The position numbers and the translations under genes were made by a program. This document shows positions 6,528 to 13,654 of a stretch of 16,223 nucleotides of DNA, piece by piece. The first letter of the stretch is position 1. The number at the start of each line of letters is the position of its first letter. Where the stretch lies: positions 1-16,223 of the forward strand of contig JAZGFI010000264.1 of assembly GCA_036479435.1 (NCBI GenBank), given 5' to 3'. Under the pieces are notes generated by a model. The model ran no database searches. It was not told the origin of the DNA and saw only the letters and a program-made list of their open reading frames with translations. The stretch is from Planctomycetota bacterium. GTDB taxonomy: Bacteria > Planctomycetota > GCA-002687715 > DRQF01.

Positions 6528-8654
6528 ATGCCCACGAAGCGACGGTCTGGACCAGGATTAGCCTGGCTTGCCATCGGCTTGACCTTGCTAATGACAACAC
6601 TGGCGAGCTCTCAAACGGTCCTCAACATCGAGGGCGAGTCAGGGATCGTCCGGCACAAGTTCGAAAAGTTCACGGTTGGATCGCTGCTGGGCCTAGTGGC
6701 GCAACACGTCGATGCGGGCTTCAGTTACCAATCTGAATCGATGGCGGACGCCGAGATCGGTCTGATCGGCGAACAGAACATCGCCGCCGAGGACCTCTTG
6801 GTTTGGGCGCGCTCGACTTTGTTTGTCCTCGACATGACTCTCACCGAGTTGGGATCCGCCAAGACTCGGATCTACCACCTCGCTCGCCGTTCGGACCGCG
6901 CTCTTGTCCCCGAGCGCGCCAAGGTGATACGTCCAGACCAAATCGAGGCGCATCGATTCGAAGAGGGGCGCCTGCTGGCGGTCACCTTTCCGCTTCAGTT
7001 TTTAAGTCCCGGCGAAGCGCGGCGTGCCCTGAGTGCCTTTCGTCGCGAACGACCCAGCATGCAAATCGAGGGGCCGGATTCCTCTAGCATCTTGGTTATC
7101 GACTTTGCGCCGGCGCTTTGGCATGTCCACCAGTTGTTGCGGTCTCTCGACCGCGCGTCGTCTCAGGGCGAGCGGCACATCGGAACTTTGTCACTGCTCC
7201 ATCACGATGCGAGCGCATTGGGTGATATCCTCGGGGAGTTATTCGCCCCGGCGGAGAACTCTTCTGCGTCGCGCCCGCCGCCTCGCGTCGTCGGTGATGC
7301 ACGTACGAACTCCATTGTGGTCATCGGCAGCCAGGCTGAAGTACAGGTCATTCTAGAGACCGTGGCCATTTTGGACTTGGGCGCTCGTCATCCCGACAAC
7401 CGCCTCCGCGTCTACTTGATTGAATACGGCAACGCGGTTTCGCTGGCCGAGGAGCTCACGGTTGCTTTCGGCGGTTCAATCTCAGGTCGAAGCAGTCGTC
7501 GTTCCGCCGACCGCGAAGCGCCGCCTTCGGGTCGCCAAGAAGATGAGAGAGATAGCCGAGGTCGCAGCGACCGACCGGGAACTTCAGTTGTGCCGGGAAG
7601 AATGGAGAACCCGGGCGAAGATCTTCCCCGCATCGTGACCGTCGCGGATCGCAATGCTCTCATCGTTTCCGCCACGGACCGCCAACACGACAACATCAAG
7701 GCGCTGCTATTGAAGCTCGACCAACCCCTGGTGCCGATTCATGTCGATGTATTCGTCACCGAGATCAATCGTGATGACATCGACTCTTTCGGGGTCGAGC
7801 TCGCGAAAGTCGACACCACGGGGTCTTTGGGCTACTTGCTGACCACGGCTTTTGGCTTGTCGTCGACCACCACAACATCTGCAAATGGCAGTATTCAGCG
7901 GATGCCAATTTTGTCGGGAAACGGTCTCTTGGCCGGCATCGTCGCGAGTTCGGTTGGCGTTCCCCTATTGCTACGCGCTTTGGAGGAGACGACGAAAAGC
8001 AAACTGTTGACCTCGTTCAGTGCTTTGTGCAACGAGGAACAGACGGCCACCATCGCGTCCGGGCAACAGGTCGCTACCGTCGAAACTTTGCGCCAAGTGC
8101 GGCGCGACGGAGAACCGGGGATGGGATTTACTCCGATCGGAGGCGATGATATCTCGGAAGTCGATCGCTTTCGGGGCTACGAAGACGCGACTATTTCACT
8201 TGAAGTTACCCCCGGTCGCTACACCGGAGAGCATCTGACCATCGCGCTGAACTTGACCCTTCAGAATTTCAGCGGTCCGCAGGTCGACCTCAGAGCCCCC
8301 CCGGCGCGGACCCAAAAGTCCTTTGGCACTGAAGTCACCCTCGTGCCGGATCAGTTGCTGTTCATCGGCGAGCTGCATTCGCGAGCGCTCAACGAGACGG
8401 TTTCGGGAATCCCCTTTCTTTCAGACTTGCCTTTGATCGGCAATTTCATGAAGCGGAGGGATCACGCATCTAACGATCGGATGATCGCAATCTTTTTGAA
8501 GGCTCGGCCTTTGCTGCTCGAACCAGCCCTCAAAGAAAGTGTTCCCGACGGGTTCATCGAGCCACCGCGGGGAGAATCAAGCGAGACGGCAGGCGCGACC
8601 AGTAGCCGTGTCGGCTTTGGCGAGCTCCAAGGGAGTGCCCGCGAAAACCGCTAG
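6528..8654 (+). CDS. Secretin, GspD-like (type II secretion/outer membrane channel family)
   Basis: AGGAG RBS and an N-terminal signal peptide. Repeated Secretin_N domains (FPLQFLSPGEA, LLHHDASAL...DARTNSIVVIGS...LD, IEYGNAVSLA...DRNALIVSAT...LLKLDQP). Secretin core with IHVDVFVTEI...FGVE, NEEQTATIASG, ISLEVTP and the motif GIPFLSDLPLIGNFM. Confidence 0.9.
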   Translation: MPTKRRSGPGLAWLAIGLTLLMTTLASSQTVLNIEGESGIVRHKFEKFTVGSLLGLVAQHVDAGFSYQSESMADAEIGLIGEQNIAAEDLLVWARSTLFVLDMTLTELGSAKTRIYHLARRSDRALVPERAKVIRPDQIEAHRFEEGRLLAVTFPLQFLSPGEARRALSAFRRERPSMQIEGPDSSSILVIDFAPALWHVHQLLRSLDRASSQGERHIGTLSLLHHDASALGDILGELFAPAENSSASRPPPRVVGDARTNSIVVIGSQAEVQVILETVAILDLGARHPDNRLRVYLIEYGNAVSLAEELTVAFGGSISGRSSRRSADREAPPSGRQEDERDSRGRSDRPGTSVVPGRMENPGEDLPRIVTVADRNALIVSATDRQHDNIKALLLKLDQPLVPIHVDVFVTEINRDDIDSFGVELAKVDTTGSLGYLLTTAFGLSSTTTTSANGSIQRMPILSGNGLLAGIVASSVGVPLLLRALEETTKSKLLTSFSALCNEEQTATIASGQQVATVETLRQVRRDGEPGMGFTPIGGDDISEVDRFRGYEDATISLEVTPGRYTGEHLTIALNLTLQNFSGPQVDLRAPPARTQKSFGTEVTLVPDQLLFIGELHSRALNETVSGIPFLSDLPLIGNFMKRRDHASNDRMIAIFLKARPLLLEPALKESVPDGFIEPPRGESSETAGATSSRVGFGELQGSARENR

Positions 8655-11600
8655 CCCTCCAGCATGACCGCCGCCGGGGCCCAGTTCCAAAATGCGATCC
8701 GCCGCAGCAATGAGAGGCAAAGAGTGCTCACAGTAGACCAGCGCGTGGCCTTGATCAACCAAGCGGATCATGAGTTTGAGCAGAGCCTTTTGGTCCGAAG
8801 CGTGCAGGCCGCGAGAAGGTTCATCGAAAAAGTAAACTCGCTTGATCGGCTCCGGGCCGGCGGTCATGAGGTCGGCGACGAGCGTTAGGCGACGGGCCTC
8901 ACCGCCGGAGAGCGAGGCGCATCGCCTTCCCAAACTGAGGTGTTCCAATCCAACTTCGGTCAAGAGGCTTGCCGCGCGTTGGATTTGTGGCGCGATGTCC
9001 ATGTCGGCGAGTTCAGCGATGCCCAGCGACAGAACGTCACAAATGGATCTGTCGTCCTTCGTCAATCGAAACTCTCGGATTTCCCTTCGGTAGCGGTCTC
9101 CCTGGCATCGGGGGCAGGGCTTCGAAACACGGCCAAGAAAGTCGAGTTCAAGGACTTCGATCCCTTGGCCGGCGCATTGGGGGCAGCGTCCAGCCTTGGA
9201 TCGGTAGGAGAAGTCACTTTTCGAGAAACTTCGCGCTTTCGCTTCGGGCCAAGAGGCAAAGTGTTTAGCGAGTGGCTCCAAGAGCCCCAGGAATGTTGCG
9301 CAACTAGAGAGTGCGTCCCGTGGCACGAGTCTGGCGCTTCCACCAACATCGACGACTCCAAATTTATCGGGGTGAAGTTCAAGGGACCCGCAATGAAGCG
9401 GTTTCCGTCGGCGAAGGCTCGGCACTAAGACGTCGAACGCCAAACTGCTTTTGCCGCTGCCGGAAGGTCCGCAAATGGCTAGAATCTCACCGAAGCGGAG
9501 TTCAAGATCGAACCCTCTGAGGTGTCGGAAACGAATGTCGCGAAAGCGCGCGACGGATTCAAGGTGCTGGGCAGAACCCGGTTGCTGCGCGCGGGCCGTC
9601 GCGGCAGCAAGGCCACTCCCGATCCTGCTTTTGGAAGGCGGTCCCTCGCGAACGACCAGGCCTCCGCGCGGGCCGGAGCCAGGGCCAATTTCAATGACGT
9701 GATCAACCTGGCGCTGGAAGCTCGGGTCATGCTCGACGGCGATGACGGTGTTGCCCTGGGTGACGAACTCCCGCAGCCGTCGCACCAGGGGCTCTCGGTC
9801 TTGAGCGTGCAGTCCTAAGCAGGGTTCATCCAACAAGTAAAAGGCGTCGCGGAGCCCTTCGACCAGGTGCAAGGCTAAGTCGAGTCGCCGGCTCTCGCCC
9901 GTCGAAAGGCTGCTTCGAGGGCGATCCAAACTGAGGTACCCCAAGCCAAATTCCTCCAGCCGCCCTAGCCGTGGCAAGATCTCAGTGCTAAGCGTGGCTA
10001 CGACGGCCGCAGCTCGGCCGGCGTGGACGTCGACGAGATGGTGCTCAGCGTCGGCGATTTTGCCTGTCACTTCGAGGGTCTTGATCAATTTCGTGATTTC
10101 GCAGCGCCGAAGTTCTGAAAGGCTCAAAGTGCCGACGCGAGCCGCACGCGCCGCGGCATTGATCCGGTCCCCGTCGCATGTCTTGCAAGGGCGATCGATC
10201 AGCAGCCGAGCAAACTCGGGCTCGATTTTCCGACCGCGCTTTTTATCGTGCTCTTCAGCCACTAAGGTGGCAACGCCTCGCCATGCGGCACGAAACTGGT
10301 AGCTCGATTCACCTTTTTTGCGCGCCTCCTCCCATTCAACGTCAACGAGAAAATCAGTTCGCCCTTCGGCGAGGAACTGAGCGGCCGCGGCGTCGAGATC
10401 CGGCCATCGCCGGTCTAAGTCGAGGCTCAGTTTTCGGGCGGCCGTCACCATGGTGGCGTGTTCACGCCCGGCCGGATCAAAGAGGAGGCGTCCGCCACGC
10501 GTCTCAGCCAACGCGCCGCCGACGATGGTGCGGTCGGAGTCTTCGACCACTCGCGAGACATCACCTCGGGCCAAAAGGCCGCGACCGCGGCAGGATTCGC
10601 AGGCGCCCAAGGAGTGGTTGAAAGAATAGTGACTGGCACTACGTTGAGGCTCGCTAAGTCGCGCAAACATCAAGCGCAGCCCGAGATCGATGTGAGTGTA
10701 GGTACCAACTGTGGAGCGAGGATCGCCTCCTTTAGACGTGGGGTGATCGCGAATCACCACCGCGGGATGCAGGCCGCTCACCGCGCCGACACTGGCGGTG
10801 TTCTGGCTCTTGAGCCCGAGACGTTGGTAAGGAGAGAAGCACTCGGCGAATCTGGCCAAGCACTCGGCTCCGATCGTGCCGAAGACGAGCGAGGTCTTGC
10901 CGCTGCCCGAAACTCCGGTGACCGCGGTGAGGCCACGTTTTGGAATCTTGAGTTCTGGGATTCGCAAATTATTGGTGGTGACCCCGTTCAGCGAAATGAC
11001 GGATGAAGGACTCTGGGCGACTTTGGACTGACGCTTTGCTTGCGAGTCGGTGGGGCCTCTCTTTGATTTCGCTAGGGGTGGCGAGATCGCAACTCGAGCG
11101 CCAAGAGCGCGCCCCGTCGGTGAATGTGCAGCACTCACAATCTCGGCTGGGGTCCCCGAGGCTATGACCTCACCTCCATCGGGCCCGGCCCCTGGTCCCA
11201 GATCGACGACGTGGTCGGCGGCGGCAATCAGGGCGAGGTCATGATCGGCAACGATGATCGTCACGCCTCGCGAGCAAAAGCTCTTCAAGGCCGCTACGAG
11301 CCTCAACACATCGCTCTCGTGAAGACCGTTGCTGGGTTCGTCGAGGATAGCGACGGTTCTTTTGCCGCGGACTTTCGCTAGGTGTTTGGCTAACTTCAGT
11401 CGTTGCGCTTCGCCTCCCGACAAAGTCGGCGCGGGTTGGCCCAAAGACAAATAACCGAGCCCTAATTCTTGGAGGGCCAAGAGCGGGCGCAGGATGGTCG
11501 CTTCGCCTTCGAAGTGTTCGATAGCCTCATCGATGCTCAGTTCGAGGACCTCCTTGATGGATCGACCTCGCCAGTGGACGGCCAGAGTTGGTGAGTCGAA

Positions 11601-13523
11601 GCGTCGTCCTTCGCATTCGCGGCAGGGCACTGTTGCCGCGCCCAAGTGCATGAGCCCGACATCCTCGACTCCCGCCCCCTCGCAGTGTTCGCAGCGACCG
11701 CCTTTTTTGTTGAAGGAGAAGTGGCCCTTCCCGAAACCGGCGTCTTTTGCCGATGGGGTTGACGCGAAGACGTCTCGGATCCGATCGAAGACCCCGCAGT
11801 AGGTCGCGGGATTCGACCGAGAGCTGCGACCGATCGGGTTTTGATCGACGACAATGACCTGTTCGAGCTCTTCGCTGTCCGCTAACCATTGGGGGAGGGC
11901 GTGGGCCACGAGACTGGTCTTGCCCGATCCCGAAACTCCGGTGACGACATTCAGAGCCTGGCGCGCAAAATCGACATCCACATCCTTCAGATTGTGAGTG
12001 CAAGATCCGCGGATTTCGAAGCGTCCGTGCTGTCTTGCGGGAGTGGAGTTGAGGGGCAGAGGCAAAGGGGGGAGAGCGGTGTCGATAGGGCGCGGTGGCC
12101 CTGAGTAGAGCAGCTCGCCGCCGCGGGGTCCGGCCTGGGGCCCAATCTCGACGATCCAGTCGGCCCGCCGGCGAAAAGCTGGGTCGTGTTCCACCACCAA
12201 GACGCTGTTGCCGCGCCTAGATAGGTCCTTAAGAGCTTGGCTCAGAATGTCACGCTCACTGGAGTGAGCGCCCGCTGCGGGCTCATCGAAAACCAACATC
12301 ATTCCCTGAAGGTCGATGGACAACTGCAAGGAAAGACGCAAGCGACGGGCCTCCCCCAGGGACAGTGAAGGTGACGGTCGCGAGCAGCTGAGGTGACCTA
12401 AGCCCAAGCGCGTCAGTTGCGCCGCGCGCCCGACGATGCGATCCACGATCATGCGGGCGGAGGAGTCGTTGGCCGATTTCAGACCCGCTGAAAAAACTTC
12501 GGCGCTGAAGTCCTTCAGGTAAAGATCCGAGATGCGATCAATCGTCGAATGACCCCAGTAGACCTGCCGCGCCTCGCTTCGCAGGCGGCTCCCCTGGCAA
12601 TCGTCGCAGGTCTGACGTCTAGCAAATCGCAAGATGTTTTCGTTGGGGTCTTTTCTGAGCGTCTCTTCAATGACCGGAACCAGGCCGCGAAAACGCCCTA
12701 ATTCGCGTGGCTTAGCCTTGATGCCTTTCCACTTCATTCGCGATTCGAGGGCGTGTTTGCCGAAGGGAACTTCGATGCGGTCGGAACCGTAGAAGATGAC
12801 TTCCTGCTGTTCTTTGCTCAAATTGCACCAGGGCTGATCGATGTCGAATCCGTGAGCGCGACAGACTTCATTCATGGCGTCTGGCGTCACCTGGGAATAG
12901 ACGATGTAGCCGTTTGGTGTCGTCGGCACGAGGGCGCCATCGCGGAGGCTTTTGCTGGGGTCGGCGACGAGTTTTTGGGGATCGACTCGATCGACGAGGC
13001 CCCGACCTTGGCAGCTCGGGCAGGCCCCCTCTTTGCGGTTGAAACTCAATAGGCTGCGGCTGAGGGGCGGGCTGACGTGGCCGCAAGCGCAAGTGCGAGC
13101 GTCAGAGCTTGCGGATGGCGGTGGTACCGGCAAGAGCGAATGACATGCGGCGCAACGGTACTCCCCAAATCGAGCGAACAGCAGTCGTAGCTCGTCGCCA
13201 ATCTCCGCGAGCGTCCCGACTGTCGACCGCGGGTTTCTGAGCACGGCTTTTTGGTCGAGTGCTACGGTGGCTCGTACACCATCGATGGATGCTGCCCGGG
13301 GGCGATAGTTCCTTTGGTTCTTCGAAGCGCCTCGTGTCGCAAGGTGGCTGCGGTAACGACGTTCGCCTTCGCGAAAAATCGTGTCGAAGGCTAAAGAACT
13401 CTTTCCTGAACCCGACGGCCCTGTGAGCACGACCAAGGCGTCGTGGGGAATCTCAAGGTTTAGGTTCTTCAGATTGTGTTCGTGCGCGCCCAAGATCCGG
13501 AGGTATGAGTTGAAGTTGGGCAT
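8577..13523 (-). CDS. uvrA: Double-length UvrA-family ABC ATPase (two fused UvrA units, four nucleotide-binding modules)
   Basis: Starts with GAHEHNLKN. Four Walker A motifs (GPSGSGKSS, GVSGSGKTS, GVSGSGKTS, GPSGSGKSS), four signatures (LSLGE, LSGGE, LSTGE, LSGGE) and four Walker B DEP motifs. Also repeated RSTVGT, SFN...GAC..C.G.G, CxxC zinc modules and GPG.G..GG loops. An AGGA RBS lies upstream. The symbol denotes the family; it is probably not the canonical NER copy. Confidence 0.93.
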   Translation of the reverse strand: MPNFNSYLRILGAHEHNLKNLNLEIPHDALVVLTGPSGSGKSSLAFDTIFREGERRYRSHLATRGASKNQRNYRPRAASIDGVRATVALDQKAVLRNPRSTVGTLAEIGDELRLLFARFGEYRCAACHSLLPVPPPSASSDARTCACGHVSPPLSRSLLSFNRKEGACPSCQGRGLVDRVDPQKLVADPSKSLRDGALVPTTPNGYIVYSQVTPDAMNEVCRAHGFDIDQPWCNLSKEQQEVIFYGSDRIEVPFGKHALESRMKWKGIKAKPRELGRFRGLVPVIEETLRKDPNENILRFARRQTCDDCQGSRLRSEARQVYWGHSTIDRISDLYLKDFSAEVFSAGLKSANDSSARMIVDRIVGRAAQLTRLGLGHLSCSRPSPSLSLGEARRLRLSLQLSIDLQGMMLVFDEPAAGAHSSERDILSQALKDLSRRGNSVLVVEHDPAFRRRADWIVEIGPQAGPRGGELLYSGPPRPIDTALPPLPLPLNSTPARQHGRFEIRGSCTHNLKDVDVDFARQALNVVTGVSGSGKTSLVAHALPQWLADSEELEQVIVVDQNPIGRSSRSNPATYCGVFDRIRDVFASTPSAKDAGFGKGHFSFNKKGGRCEHCEGAGVEDVGLMHLGAATVPCRECEGRRFDSPTLAVHWRGRSIKEVLELSIDEAIEHFEGEATILRPLLALQELGLGYLSLGQPAPTLSGGEAQRLKLAKHLAKVRGKRTVAILDEPSNGLHESDVLRLVAALKSFCSRGVTIIVADHDLALIAAADHVVDLGPGAGPDGGEVIASGTPAEIVSAAHSPTGRALGARVAISPPLAKSKRGPTDSQAKRQSKVAQSPSSVISLNGVTTNNLRIPELKIPKRGLTAVTGVSGSGKTSLVFGTIGAECLARFAECFSPYQRLGLKSQNTASVGAVSGLHPAVVIRDHPTSKGGDPRSTVGTYTHIDLGLRLMFARLSEPQRSASHYSFNHSLGACESCRGRGLLARGDVSRVVEDSDRTIVGGALAETRGGRLLFDPAGREHATMVTAARKLSLDLDRRWPDLDAAAAQFLAEGRTDFLVDVEWEEARKKGESSYQFRAAWRGVATLVAEEHDKKRGRKIEPEFARLLIDRPCKTCDGDRINAAARAARVGTLSLSELRRCEITKLIKTLEVTGKIADAEHHLVDVHAGRAAAVVATLSTEILPRLGRLEEFGLGYLSLDRPRSSLSTGESRRLDLALHLVEGLRDAFYLLDEPCLGLHAQDREPLVRRLREFVTQGNTVIAVEHDPSFQRQVDHVIEIGPGSGPRGGLVVREGPPSKSRIGSGLAAATARAQQPGSAQHLESVARFRDIRFRHLRGFDLELRFGEILAICGPSGSGKSSLAFDVLVPSLRRRKPLHCGSLELHPDKFGVVDVGGSARLVPRDALSSCATFLGLLEPLAKHFASWPEAKARSFSKSDFSYRSKAGRCPQCAGQGIEVLELDFLGRVSKPCPRCQGDRYRREIREFRLTKDDRSICDVLSLGIAELADMDIAPQIQRAASLLTEVGLEHLSLGRRCASLSGGEARRLTLVADLMTAGPEPIKRVYFFDEPSRGLHASDQKALLKLMIRLVDQGHALVYCEHSLPLIAAADRILELGPGGGHAGGLAVFAGTPLELAKADTATGRACRLA

Positions 13524-13654
13524 GACCTATCCTGACGGTTCCAGAGCCCCAGTCCAAGAGCTCGGGATTCGCTCGCTTCTGGCTGATAAGGCAATCGGCG
13601 GCGCGACGCTTTCCGCAGGGCGACTCCTCGGCAAAAAGGGCGTAGGATGTCGCC

